Source of the DNA: Girardia tigrina
Taxonomy: Eukaryota
DNA: 55,892 bases
NCBI GenBank assembly: GCA_001938485.1
Contig: MQRK01221138.1
Span: 1-55,892, forward strand
Reading direction: 5' to 3'
Part shown: piece by piece, positions 24,391 through 37,561 of the stretch
Numbering within the stretch: position 1 is the first letter of the stretch
Layout: each line of letters opens with the position of its first letter
Notes under the pieces: model-generated
Seen by the model: only the letters and a program-made list of their open reading frames with translations
The model's database searches: none
What the model was told of the DNA's origin: nothing
Program-made: the position numbers and the translations under genes

Positions 24391-25989
24391 AATATTACAA
24401 ACATTTTATTTTAAATCGACTTTATTGAATGATAAAAGTATTTAAATTAAAAAAGTAATTAACAATATTCAAAGTTATGTGTGATTGATGAATTATTAAA
24501 TATTGTTTGTTTAAATAATATATAGTTTTTGTACGCGGTTTAAAATATAGTTTTGATTTGACTTTGAAAATGGATTTTAAAGAAACCAAAAACATAACTT
24601 TCAATATCGAGGCTTCTTTAATTTTCCAATTTCGGATATTAATTGCTGATTGTTTATAGATTCTCTATAGAAATGATTCACTATATTTACACTAAAATTA
24701 ATCATTGATTAATTTTCAAAATAGGAAAAGTAAAGCTCAATGTTAAATATTTTTCATTAATTAAAAATAATCTTTATACCTACTGTAAGTTTGCTTTTAG
24801 CATCTTTGATAGTTTCACCGCATTGTTTAATTTATAAGAAAAGTTCCAAAAATTAATAATGAATTTATTTATTTTATACGAGTTAAGTCGCTAATACTTC
24901 TTACATTTAAAGGTAAAAATATAAAACGATTAAAATAATTTATCATTTTTAAAGTTTTAATATCATCCCCGAGCCTATCGAAAACAAACTGATAAATGTT
25001 AGGAATCTAATATAATAGAAATATGATAAACAAATTGGTGTTTTAGCTTCATTCGGCTAAGCTCAGTTTGATTCAGGTTGTTTCGACTAATGTTCGATTT
25101 AACTAAGGTTATTTCGATTAACAGTCGATATGAATAGTTAAGCTTGAGTTCGGTATTAGATCGCGAAATGACATTTTTATATAGGGTATCTGAAAATGAC
25201 TTAGTTTTAAATGATGGGATAACGTAATGGTCAGGCATAGTATCGATGGATGTTGCTGCATCATTTGAAAGGACAAATCTTAAATTCTACTCAACAAATT
25301 ATTATAGAACAAATATGTTAGTATCGAAAAAACACATTTTAAATTTTATTGTTTTTTTTAGAAAAATGGGGTTAAAATAACAAGATAAACGTTACCAATA
25401 AAGTTTTCAAATGTAGAGATGAAATCAAGTATTTGATGTATTGACCCATACTTTCTATAGCAATTTGCCTTTGGTTTTTAAAATGACCAACTAGTAAAAT
25501 GCAGTAAAAAAGTAAAAGAAAACACCAAAATTTCGTTAATGTGCATTCGATTGCTCTTTTGAAAGACATGAAGTGTTGCATATTTTTGTTGGTTTACAAT
25601 ATTCTTATGATATCCCCAAAATCAAGTACTCAAAATTGTGAAAAAACCGTTTTTTCGCCAGGAAAATTTTAAACTCAATTTTAGAATTTAAAAAAATAAA
25701 TAAAAATAATAAAACTTCATTTTTAATTTACCAAATACCGGCAAAAAAAATCTTAGCACTATATGAGGATTAGAGATTAGGATTATGATTTTATCATTAT
25801 TGACAAAAACTTTAATCTTTTTTGTGGAATTACAACTTTTACACATTTTTGATTCTACGTTGTTTTTCCACAAAAAAGAATTTTTTGCAAATTCTTTGCA
25901 AAAATTTTTTTATATACTTCTGGCAAAACATTGAAGTTGAAACACATTTGTCGAAAAGACGGGTTTTTTCTTTTTTTTTTAAGTTTTTA

Positions 25990-27043
25990 AGTTTTTAGAA
26001 GAGAAAGGCGAATTGAAAAAAGTGAGAGCAACAGCACTGAGATATTTGAAGATATGGGCATGCGAATCGCATCAAGTTTGGCTTAACGGTCTTATAGTTG
26101 ATATTTTGAAAATATTTCGTGATTTGCAAAAGCAGCTACAGCGTGACTACCTGATTCTACCAGCGATAATAAGCAATAGACATTCGGCACTACAGCCCCA
26201 GGAAATAGAGATTCATTTTAAGAGCTGTAAACACGAATATGCCAACTACAAGAAATCAGGATGCGACGAGTCTTGAAATTGTATAATCAGCACTGAATTA
26301 TTTTGGAGAGCGGTTTGATGTGGAACAAGAAGTAGTCCAGGACTTATTAACTCTTTTGCAAACAGCAGAACTCGAAACATTTATTAATGCAGGAGTCAAA
26401 ATAACATGACATTCATTTTCAGAAGAAATCCAGTGCTTTGCAGATGACTGTACTGAGCAATAGCCAATAAATGCTTTACACAATTGAAGTTGAAATACTT
26501 CCCACAGCGCTACAGCGGCGTACTTTTGAAAGTAACACTCACTCCTCGAAGCATGCTTCGTGAGAGGCTTGATTCTTTTTACAACCTGAACGTTTCAGTC
26601 ATCGCATGAGCACCTCAGCTGAGACTGCTTATTCTTGCATGAATGAATTGAAAGGGGACCTGCAAGTTTGATCCTCACAGTGCTGTAGTAGAATTCTTGT
26701 GGGTGAAAGAAAGACGAGAAAGAAACCAAACCTTGATACTTATTCAGAAAGGGACTTTGTTACGAATTCTTTTTTTAAAAGTAACATGTGTTAAAGTGTT
26801 ATGTAATATAACTCGTATTGGAATGTTTGTAAAAAGTTATTGGTTGGGTGACTCGTGTATTTTCTTCATTTAAATCTAAGAACACTTAATAAAAAACTGT
26901 TTGAAATAGGAAAATCCATTATAAAAAAGTAAGGAAAAATAACTATTTTTATCCGAGATTAAAATTTACCGAATTTTGGCACATGACCATTTCATATTGT
27001 TTGTGCCCCCCCCCCCCAGTAAAAATTTCTTAAAAAGGCCATG
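25990..27043 (+). mobile_element. hAT transposon remnant (ZNF862/KIAA1586-like)
   Basis: LIVDILKIFRDLQKQLQRDYLILP plus a degraded dimerisation-like region. The 3' end has a C-run and terminates in ...ggccatg. Confidence 0.55.
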
Positions 27044-27699
27044 TTGTGCTAAAGTAAAAAAAATTATAAAAACCTACATTTCATTTAGAACAAAATAATA
27101 GAAAAATCAAAATTAAAAACTCTATCTATGAATTAAACCCTTTTAAAAAGTCAAATGAATTACGACTTAGAAAACTATAGATTTCGAATCGATTTTCTAC
27201 TTTAAGAATTGTTAGATTTAAAAATGTAGAAATATGTCAAATTTACTGTAATAAAAGTCAATCAATATGAAGTAAATCAACACAATGTAATCAATTTTAA
27301 TTTTTGAAAAGTAGAAATATTTATTTCATTTATTAAAAATAATTTCAGAAAATTGTTAAGATCACGTTTTACATCTGAAAAGACAAATAATCATTTTAAT
27401 ATTCACACACAATTTTAAAATATTACTTTATAATATTATATATCATTTAAACGCATTTTAAGATAATAATTATGATTTTGGTACAAAATGGAATGATCAT
27501 AAATAAATCCATTTTTGAATTTATAATTTATTAAATATAATATAAATAATACTGATCAAAATACTCTTTCATTTTATAATATTATTTTTATTCAATGAGT
27601 AATATTTAAAATTTTTTTCTTATTTTTTTTATTTTTTATTAAGTTTCATAAAAAATTATGTTTTATATAAGAAACAAAAGATTATTTCTTAATAATAAA

Positions 27700-27895
27700 C
27701 TTGAAAAAAGATGACAATTTTTTATTATAAACAAATAAACGCCACTTAAAAATATTACTTACGTGATTGCGTAATCATTCATTTCTTATATAAAAGCAAT
27801 AAAAAAGAACATAATCTGATGATGACAGTTAAACAGTCCAAATATATTATCCTAAAATATATTTTTAAATGACGTTTATTTTTTTATTTAATAAT
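27700..27895 (+). mobile_element. Penelope-type pLTR fragment with a decayed hammerhead ribozyme and an adjacent inverted partial copy
   Basis: 27765-27890 is homologous to 49446-49575. It carries CTGATGA t gacag ttaaa cagtc CAAA tatatt at 27816-27848 (GAAA mutated to CAAA). 27700-27755 is the reverse complement of the pLTR segment seen at about 49550-49600. Confidence 0.75.
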
Positions 27896-28269
27896 AAACG
27901 TTTTATTTAGATCAGCAATTGAGATTTGCAGAAATATTATACTCTTAATTTCTCAAGATATATTCTAGTGCTATAAATACATGTCTTCAAAAATCTGCAT
28001 TCATATTTCTTTATAATCAGCAACACACTTTCGTATACATGTTGTATTTAATAATTTGTTGTTTATAAGGGATATTTTTACATAATATTTATTAATATTA
28101 AAAATCGAAATCTCTACTGTAAAATATTTAATTTAAACCTAAATTTCTGGGTGCTGACAGACTTTTACAATAAGACACATATCGTATTACAGAAAAAAGT
28201 ATATATCTATATATAAATAAATAAAAAATTAAAAAGACTTCAATTTCTATTTTATTTGGTTTACATTAA

Positions 28270-28445
28270 TCTCATTTTAATAAAAATTCACGCCTTCTTT
28301 AATCTTAAGCAAAGTCATTAGTCCCACTATCCATAAATTTTGCGTTGTTGTTCCTAATTTTCCCCCTCTTCACACTTAGCATACAAAGTTCAGTTAAATG
28401 GTCATCAGACATTGTAGACCTGAGCTCGGTTTTGACTCTGTAATG
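28270..28445 (-). mobile_element. hAT C-terminal dimerisation-domain fragment
   Basis: RVKTELRSTMSDDHLTELCMLSV. Confidence 0.7.
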
Positions 28446-28746
28446 CTAAGTAAGTTAAGAAAATATTACCATTGATGATTAGCACAATAAAATAATTTTT
28501 ATTACAAACAAATTCAAACAAATGTTCAACATCCTTTCAGTAATCAATTATCCGATATTTATTTCAATGTTCAAATTCTGATTATTTTTTAAAAACTTAA
28601 ACTTAAAACAATATTTAATTCAATTTAATTTAATCTAATTTATTCTAAATAATATTTAGTTTTAAATTATAAAAAAATTTTTTAATTTAAAATCAATTAA
28701 AATACTAAAAATTAATTAACGCTCAAATTGTTTTTTTCTAAAATTA

Positions 28747-28980
28747 CTGTAAAACTTCTTGTAATTCTCCACCCCCTTATAATCCCCTGGTTGAAATAAT
28801 TTACATCTTGATCGAACTTAAGCAGAATTAATTAAAGAAACATGTTTTTTAAAAGTAAATTAAATAAAGTAATTAATTAAAAATTTTAGTTAAGAAAAAA
28901 TTTTAACTAAAATCAAATTTAAATTTCTAAGGTAAATACTTCCAAGAAAACACAATTTTTTAGTATGAAGAAAAAGAATG

Positions 28981-29015
<35 letters not shown>

Positions 29016-29834
29016 GTGTACGTGTATATATATAATGTAAAACGTTTGTTGTTTGAATAATAGCGGAATCACCGCACAATTTTTAAAATAAAGTATTAAG
29101 TTTTCGATTGTTTTGAATTCAAATGAAATTATTCGAAACAGAATTTATGAATAAAGAATCCGTTAAATCGGATAATTTTGAATCAATCTCCAAAGAAGTT
29201 GATAAAGCGCGAATTATCAATAATAAATCTTATAATAAGAAATTATCAATCAGTTTTATATCACCAAAAGACTGTCCAAAGCATTTAAACTTTACTAATT
29301 CCATTGTAAATGATACGGATAATAAGAAATTAATTAATAATTTTCGGGAATAATTCCCGGATTTTCACGAATTCATGTTCGTCATCATCAGTACAGAATT
29401 CCATTCGCAGAGAAACAAGAATTCGACCGTATGGCAAAGAAAGAGAACGGAAAAAGTCCTCTTGAGGACTAAAATTATTGATTGGATGCGCAGCGCGAAA
29501 CCATCCCCCATCCCCATTTTTTTCAAAAAAATTTTAGAGATTTAGTAATCCCCCACCCTCTTGCAACCCCCACCAGCTATTGGTCCAAATTTTTTTCTCT
29601 GCTCTTATAGCCACATCTAATTTTGGAAGCGTGCTCGAATATCAAGAAGCTCACTTTGAAATAATTGATGAATAAAAGGATATTTTATGATGTGTTTCTT
29701 AGTATTTTTTTGCTAAAAATATAGTATCTAATCTAGTCAAAAAATAGAACAAAAAATAGAACAAATTCCCCTCCTCCTAAATTTAGGGTAAAGGAATAGC
29801 AATCCCTCATGGGGGATTACAAGAGGCTTTACAG
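28747..29834. mobile_element. Non-autonomous pogo/Tc1-type element carrying a Gypsy pol fragment
   Basis: TA-flanked TIRs ctgtaaaacttcttgtaat / attacaagaggctttacag. An internal + strand fragment HQYRIPFAEKQEFDRM resembles the start of Gypsy RT. Confidence 0.65.
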
Positions 29835-30258
29835 TATATACTTTTTAAATTATAATTTCTTGTAATTATATTATGAAACTTGATTTAAAAAAATTTATCT
29901 AAAATATTGTTAAAAACATTTTTAAATTGTATTAAAATGTAATTGTTTTTTAAATTATTAAAATTATGTTAGCGAAAAGAAAATTAAGTAACTTCTCATA
30001 GTACTAAATGACCTCTCTACTGCATATGTGATTGTAGAAAGTTAAAAAATCAAAATTCCATGATAGATTTCTGAAAACAAACTAGTTTTTGATAGCTGTA
30101 AAGCACTAAATTAAACATATATTAATATTTATTCTAAAATGTATATTAAATATTTTTTATTTTTCTTTTTTTGGCATCTCCGTCGTTAGAGGACCATTAT
30201 TCTGTGATAGCTTCAGTCAGGAAACAAAAAAAACGACAAAAAAGAGGGAGAGTGTGTA

Positions 30259-31519
30259 TTAGGTCTAGTGATAATTAATATCGTTTGAAAAAAATATTTG
30301 AAACAAATTTATTTAAACAAAGAAAAGAATTTAATCAATAATATAGTTGCCGTTGTTTTCAACTACTTGTGTCCAACGTTCAGGTAACATCTTAATACCT
30401 CTGTTATGAAATTCTTGTGATATAGATTCAAAAAATTCGGTCAAGGCATTTATGATGCATTCTTCATTTTTTATTTTTTTCTGCTAAGAAAATGTTGCAA
30501 TGAACTAAACAAATGATAATCGGATGGTGCTATATCGGAGAATATGCAGGCTGTGGTAGAACTTCCCATCCTAACTGGAGTATTTTATCCGTCGTGAATC
30601 TTGCGGCATGCGGTCGTGCGTTATCATGATGAAGAATTACGCCCTTCTGATTAATCATCATGGGTTCTTTTTTTCTCAAAGCTTGGTCTTACCTTTCCAA
30701 TTGTGCACTATACACTCAACTTATAATGGTTTGGTTGTTTGGTATGAGTTCACAAAGAAGAATACCTTTAACATTCCACCAAACACAAAACATCACCTTT
30801 TTCTTATGCAAGTCAGGCTTTAGCGTAGGTTTCCCCGCTTCTCTTTTGTTCAAACATTGTGGTAGTCTCTTCAGATTAGCAGGAAGCACCCATTTTCATC
30901 TCTGGTAACAATTTGCTCTAAAAACAGCAATCGGCTTTAAAGAGAGAGGAGCGAACTGCAGATTGTAACTCTTTGTTTGTGGTTGTTTTCGGTTGACTCA
31001 TGCGGAACCCACTTTCCAAACTTGTGGACCTTACCAAGTGACAGTAATTGATTACAAATAGTTCTTGCGAACAGTTTAAAGCTATCGCAAGCTCATATTG
31101 CGTAATTTCTGGATTTGTAACAACAAGAGCCTCACGTGCTTCCTGGTCAAAATCAGACACACAGCCTCGACTATTCTCGGTATTCAACGAAAAATTTCCA
31201 TCGTGAAATTTCTTAAACAAAAATTGGCATTTTCTGATACAAACTGTAAATTGACCCAAAGCACTGCATATATTTTTAGCAGCCTCATTTGCTTTTCTTC
31301 CCAACTGGAACTCGTAAAGCATGCAATGCCTTATATGCTCTTCATCTACCATCTTTTACCAACTACTTCCAAAAAATTCAACATTTAAAACATAAATTGT
31401 TTTGCAACAAACCTTGTTAATTAAGCTTTACACTTTTTGTATTTACCGCAGGTTTGTAGGTTATATTGATGCATTTAAACGAAGATCAAATAAACGACAT
31501 TAATTATTACTATGCATAT
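30259..31519 (-). mobile_element. Mariner (DD34D) transposon, near full length, frameshifted
   Basis: TA-flanked TIRs of about 28 bp; MVDEEHIRHCMLYEFQLGRKANEAAKNIC; WVPHE; HDNARPH-like region; PAYSP(D)IAPSDYHLF; length 1261 bp. Confidence 0.93.
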
Positions 31520-32634
31520 TAGTTAAATGTTATAGATTATAGTTTGTCGAAAATAATATTTAAAATTTAATAATATCATACCAAAAAAATTTTTGGTGTA
31601 CAAGCTTTTATAATTTGTCATATATTTGCGGTTCTGTATCTATTTCACCCACTTCCCACATTTTTTGACTGAATTANNNNNNNNNNNNNNNNNNNNNNNN
31701 NNNNNNNNNNNNNNNNNNNNNNNNNNNNNNNNNNNNNNNNNNNNNNNNNNNNNNNNNNNNNNNNNNNNNNNNNNNNNNNNNNNNNNNNNNNNNNNNNNNN
31801 NNNNNNNNNNNNNNNNNNNNNNNNNNNNNNNNNNNNNNNNNNNNNNNNNNNNNNNNNNNNNNNNNNNNNNNNNNNNNNNNNNNNNNNNNNNNNNNNNNNN
31901 NNNNNNNNNNNNNNNNNNNNNNNNNNNNNNNNNNNNNNNNNNNNNNNNNNNNNNNNNNNNNNNNNNNNNNNNNNNNNNNNNNNNNNNNNNNNNNNNNNNN
32001 NNNNNNNNNNNNNNNNNNNNNNNNNNNNNNNNNNNNNNNNNNNNNNNNNNNNNNNNNNNNNNNNNNNNNNNNNNNNNNNNNNNNNNNNNNNNNNNNNNNN
32101 NNNNNNNNNNNNNNNNNNNNNNNNNNNNNNNNNNNNNNNNNNNNNNNNNNNNNNNNNNNNNNNNNNNNNNNNNNNNNNNNNNNNNNNNNNNNNNNNNNNN
32201 NNNNNNNNNNNNNNNNNNNNNNNNNNNNNNNNNNNNNNNNNNNNNNNNNNNNNNNNNNNNNNNNNNNNNNNNNNNNNNNNNNNNNNNNNNNAAAATTTCT
32301 CACATGTCTAGAAAAAAATTATTTTCCTCTTTTTAGTGCATTGGTAATGCTTGAAAAACGTGGTTGTTTTTATAAAAAATTTTTTTTATTAATAATATTA
32401 TTAAACTATTATTTTTTTTCTAACCACAAATTTTTGTCTAAAAGATTTATTTCACAACTTTTGAAATAGTTTTTGTAAATTATTGTTTATAAAATTTTGA
32501 AACTTTAATCATATTAAATTTATACTTATAACTTTTTCAAAAGTAAATATTAAAAGTTTTAGTTGAGACTATTTACTATTGCTTAAAATATGTTAATTAA
32601 CTACATATATTTTGTTAATATATATTATTTATAG

Positions 32635-32903
32635 GTGATACCGCAAACTTGGAAAATGCATTTGCTGGTTCCTCCTCTAATCCTGGTGACTATGCAATGG
32701 CATTTTATGCTGGACTCTTCGCTTATAATGGTTGGAATTACCTTAATTGCTTAATTGAAGAAATGAAAAATCCTCGTCGAGATTTACCACTTGCAATATT
32801 TATCTCTATGATTCTTATAATTATCATTTATGTTTTAACAAATATGGCTTATTTTACAATTTTAATTCCATCTGAAATCTTAAATACCAAAGCAGTAGCA
32901 GTG
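32635..32903 (+). CDS. SLC7 transporter exon 3
   Basis: atag|GT GAT: DTANLENAF...AFYAGLFAYNGWNYLNCLIEEMKNPRRDLPLAI...AVAV. Donor |GTGAGA. Confidence 0.95.
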
Positions 32904-33169
32904 GTGAGAATAAATTTTAATCAAATGAAATAATTCTATTTTTTAATATTATTTCTAATATATTCTACTTTTTAAAAACTAAAAATATGAGGAATCAGAA
33001 GAAACTTTTTAATTCTAATATGATGATTAAAAAAATAACAGGAATACTTATCTTTATCCTCGAATAACAGGGAACTCAGAAATATAACTTATAATATATA
33101 TTATTATAAAAATAACTCTGAGCTAGAGTCACTCATTGGAGCGCATTACATGTCTCCTCTCCCTTGACA

Positions 33170-33650
33170 ACTTAATTAATTGCAGAAAGTAAAGGCGATA
33201 CTAGTGCAGGAACTGTCTTTTCTGATGGTAGATCAGTCATTGAATAAAAGACATACGCGTGCTTTGGCGTACAGCATACTGCCAAAGAATGTGTGTTGTT
33301 GTAGTTAATTGGTATTACGCACGACTCTCTCCTTTCCGTTTCTAAACCTGCAAAGATGGATTCCAAATCATCATCACCATTAAGCAACTTGGTGGCAACA
33401 TAGTCTAGTAGAACCGTCCATGACTCGCATCCAAGTGCACAGGGTTGGTGAACTTTGCAACGACAGTTATCCGATTGTCGGCAAGTCTAAGGTTCGTAAT
33501 CGGATCAACATTGTTGCTTACAACAGTCGGCAGAACCGATCCGGTTGTAATATCTCTATTATAATTAGTTGTTGTGACATAAATCGGTTTTATAATTGCT
33601 TTTTCAGACACTTCCTTAGTATCGTTCACAGCAAATAATGTTTTTACAAT
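33170..33650 (-). pseudogene. Degraded Ulp1/C48-like cysteine protease fragment, probably transposon- or virus-derived
   Basis: LRLADNRI...CVIPINYNNTHSLAVCCTPKHAYVFYSM resembles WLxDxxI...PINxxxxHWxxxxxxxxxxxxFDS. The catalytic Cys region was not found. Confidence 0.4.
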
Positions 33651-35182
33651 TGCGTAATTAGTTAACTGGATTTTATGTTATTTTATTATGTTTTTAAGTC
33701 GAGTTTTGATTTCAGCGTCAGCACTCCTAAATTTGACAGTTGTGTCCAAGTTGTTCAACTCTCTTAATAAATTGCTAACTGAAGTACGTAATATTACAAA
33801 CCGTTATACTGAAGAATATTACAGTGAAGGACCTACTAAGTGGTGCTTACACTATCCGACAGATGTATTGAGACTAGATTTATCCTTAAATTTCGTGTGT
33901 CAATCAGTAATGTAATTTAGCTCAGAACTATAGGAGTCACACAAAATAAATCTTTTATTGCAAGGCCATCTGATACACAAAATTCTTAGTTCTGCCAGCT
34001 ACAGGAGTAAATATTTATTAGATCTTTCTTGTTCCAAATTGGATCTGATATTAAAATTAGTAATTTTTTACTTCAAGTAATTCGTTACTTTCAAACAAAT
34101 TTTATTGGAAAAAATCGCAATAGGTTTGTTCTTTTTATTTCTGGCATTTTTAAACAAAAGTTAAATTTTATGAAAGTTTGAAAAACTTACTTTTGGTTCA
34201 ATTATCTTCTATTCAAAATTATTAAAAAAATATTGATTAACAGTTTGAAAATACTTCAATCTTATTGGTGTGACGGAAAACTCATAGATTTCTCCGGTTA
34301 TACATAATATTTTAAAATATTGTAGCTCTCGACCTTCCTCTCAATAAGAAGAATATTTGTTGGAAGTTTAATCAAATTTAAATGTATGGTATAAAATACA
34401 TAGAGAATAAACCAACAAACAAACATGCAAACTTTCTACTTTATATATAAATTGTAAAATAGTATTGTAATTTAGAAATTGTGTTACTGAAATCACATTA
34501 TTAATGTGACTTATCACATTATTTTGCATTTAACATATATATTTCTTTATTACATATTATCTTTTATATGAAAGGATAAAAATATACTATTTCATTTTAA
34601 ACACTACGATAACTTTTTCCAAAAACCTTGAGTCGTATTGCAAATAAAATTTTAATATTTGCTTTTTTGTAATGAGCCTCTCCTACCCAGAATACTTATT
34701 AATATTTTAATTCTTTTTATCTGAAACTAATTTGATTTAAATTAAAATCCAATGTTTAAATGTATTTTTAATTTAAAATCATTGAAAGATTTTGAATGAT
34801 TTGTCTATTTCTAATTAAAATTTTGAATAAATAAATCAAATTAATATTTTAAAATAATTAATACGTATTTAAATTTTAACTAATGAAATTCGCTGTAAAT
34901 ATTTTTAGAGTTTTTCATATGTCAAATTTGTTTAGGTAATAGAATAAAAATAATTTTATTAAATAAAATAAATAATAATAAATAAATAAAGTACCAGTAA
35001 TAAATTTAGATAAACCCTTGGTAATATCTAGAAATACGTACAGTACAGTTTAAAGATACAGGGGAAAAATAAATGGGTCACATTGTCTATTACTTGAGCT
35101 CAAATAAATGTTTTATATGTTATATAATATTTATTAATTCAAATTTTTATGATCCTATTTTATAATTTATTTGACTATATAG

Positions 35183-35383
35183 ACCGTTGCAATACGATTA
35201 TATGGGGTTATGTGGTGGATTATGCCTATTTTTGTGGCTATGTCTACTTTTGGAGGAGTTAACGGAAATCTATTGGCTACCTCACGAATATTTTTTGTGG
35301 CTGCTCAAGAGAACCAAATGCCCATGATCCTGGAAACAATAAATATTAAATATTTCACTCCAGTTCCTTCAGTTTTATTTGTT
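35183..35383 (+). CDS. SLC7 transporter exon 4
   Basis: tatag|TVAIRLYGVMWWIMPIFVAMSTFGGVNGNLLATSRIFFVAAQENQMP...TPVPSVLFV. Donor |GTAAGA. Confidence 0.95.
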
Positions 35384-35601
35384 GTAAGACCTGCTTAATT
35401 AATTTATATGTTAAAAATTATGCTTTCTTAATAAATGTTTTCATATTATCTAACATAATTTTTTATTTATAATGTTGTTTCTAAAACAATACTTTCTTAT
35501 TCAAATAAAGTGGAATGCTTCATAGAAATTGAATATTGTCACAATATTACAAGGTGAAGTGTATCCGTATTTCTAAATAACAGAGGAAAGGAGATACGGG
35601 T

Positions 35602-36060
35602 TATTAAGAATATTTAAACAAGTCTCGTTTGAATGTTTATTACAATCACATTTAGAGTCATTATGACTCTCCGAAAGTCTTTCATCGTTTGTCATCCTTC
35701 TAATTGGTTTTCTTATTTCTATTTTTAATCATGATTATTCGAACAATTTTTCTAAATTATTTTTTAAAATATTTAGCCTCTAAAAATATTAATTAAAAAA
35801 TAATAAGTTTTACCATTTTTCAATAAATCTTAAAATAATAAGAATGTCATCAAATTATTAAAAATGCATTTAATTTAAATTTTACTAAAAAATATTAAAC
35901 TTAATTTTAATTGTGTTCGAATATTCAATCACTTTAAATTTAAATAAAAATACCAATTTCCATCTGGGTGAGAGAATCACCATTCTAAATTCAATATTCT
36001 TAAATCAACATACCGCATCCATACATTTACACATTCAAACAAATTAAAATATTCCTCATA
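35602..36060 (-). mobile_element. Solo LTR (family B)
   Basis: Perfect TSD CGGGT on both sides; termini tattaagaa...ttcctcata; family motif ccatctgggtgagagaatcacc. Confidence 0.85.
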
Positions 36061-36083
36061 CGGGTAATTAAAAACTTGACCTT

Positions 36084-36469
36084 TAACGGTGGCATGTCTT
36101 CGTGGGCTTGGTCTTTATAGATGTGGTCACTGCCTCTGTTAATCGGAGTGGGGACGCTCGGCGATCCACCGATATTACCCAATCGACGATCAATTTAGGT
36201 GCTGATTGATTGAATTGAATCGAGTGATCGATTCCTTTTTAGATTCAAGAGACGCGGCCTCCATATTCGGCCCATCGGAGGGGTTTGAGCGCCACAATAT
36301 GGTGGGAATCGATTGAGTGACAATAATCGACCGGCAATAAATCGACGATTGTCGGTGGCGACTGGCTGTTGACAATGATGAAATTATGGAGGTTTATCGA
36401 TTGAATTGAAACGCAGAAGCAATTTCCAATGATGTCAAATCGATTTCGATTTTATAAATCAAAAGCCAT
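36084..36469 (-). pseudogene. Unidentified degraded ORF, antisense within SLC7 intron 4
   Basis: CpG-rich island. AAAATG start, then MAFDL*NRNRFDIIGNCFCVSIQSINLHNFII...LKPLRWAEYGGRVS*I*KGIDHSIQF...KTCHR* in a single frame with few stops. Confidence 0.3.
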
Positions 36470-36644
36470 TTTTTAAAATCCGTAAAAAATTTATTTAAAT
36501 TTTTTTGCTAACAGCAGTTCGATAAAACAAGCAGATTTTGTTTTTTCTATATATAGTTTATATAGTGATTTTAATATTTAAGTTATAGGTATAAATAATT
36601 ATATAGAAATTAATTTAATAAGATTTTAATCTTATTAAAGTGAC

Positions 36645-37561
36645 CATTACACAGGTGTTTCAGTTGATACACACTGTGATTTTGTTTAACAAATGGAGTC
36701 AGCTCGTCAAAACTAGCATTTTGTTGTATAAAAAATGGAACATATAAAAGTTACGTAATCGAGGTTATTTGACATAGCCCCGAATTTCGAGACAAATTAG
36801 AAGTCATGAGAAAGAGTTATTAATGTTTTGCACGAATATGTGATCTTTTAATATGATGCATATATTTTGTGAGTTATTTCCTAATAATGTTTATTTCAAG
36901 GTTTTCACAATTATCTATTAAAAGGCTTTTAATCGATCCTAATAAATTTAGAATTAATTATTGATTTTCTCTTAATAGTTCATCATTTTAAAACCCTTAG
37001 AAACCTTTACAACGTTTTAATCACTTGATCTATAAAAAATGAATTAGATATTCCTAATCAGGAAAAACGTCTTTCTAATGACTTTTCATATGTCATGAAA
37101 TCCAAATTTATGTAATTTAACCTTAATTACATAATTTCTGTATGTTCCTTGACTAAGATCCTTATTAGTTGCATACCAAAAAGCTATTTTAATGAAGTTA
37201 TTCCATTTCTCTAAAAATATTGCATTTAATACCATTTAGAGCAAATGGTATTTATAATAATAGAAGATATCTTGAAATCTCTTGAAATGTTATTAAAACA
37301 TATCACCTTTTCAAAAATTTCAGTTAGTTCTTCGCGAAAAATGCTTCAGAAACCAAGGAGATGCCGAAAGAGCCTTGGACGACTTCATCGCCTCCAGAAC
37401 TCCAGAATTTTATGAAACTGGATTAAATAAACTTGTTATCCGTTGGTAACAGTGTGTTCAATGTAATGGTTTTATTTTGACTAATAAAGTTAATTGTAAA
37501 TAAAGTTATGTTCATTTAAAGTTGACGGTTAAAAAACGACATTTCTTTTGCATCAGCCTAA
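36645..37561 (+). mobile_element. Mariner remnant (Hsmar1/cecropia-like 3' end plus a probable 5' UTR piece)
   Basis: DFIASRTPEFYETGLNKLVIRW*QCVQCNGFYFD* followed by the TIR aaaacgacatttcttttgcatcagcctaa|TA. Confidence 0.8.

Noticed and set aside
24999-25280. 79-aa minus-strand ORF
   Set aside because: No recognisable motif or splice support.
29345-29400. Minus-strand CTGATGA...GAAA hammerhead-like motif
   Set aside because: No stem I or III and two extra bases before stem II; the + strand is better explained as Gypsy RT coding sequence (QYRIPFAEK).
31626-32336. Long ORFs in the ORF track
   Set aside because: Artefacts of the N gap; the same applies to the ends of the ORFs at 18251 and 38294.
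34200-34450. DINE-1/HINE-like end with caaa repeats
   Set aside because: Resemblance only; termini could not be defined.
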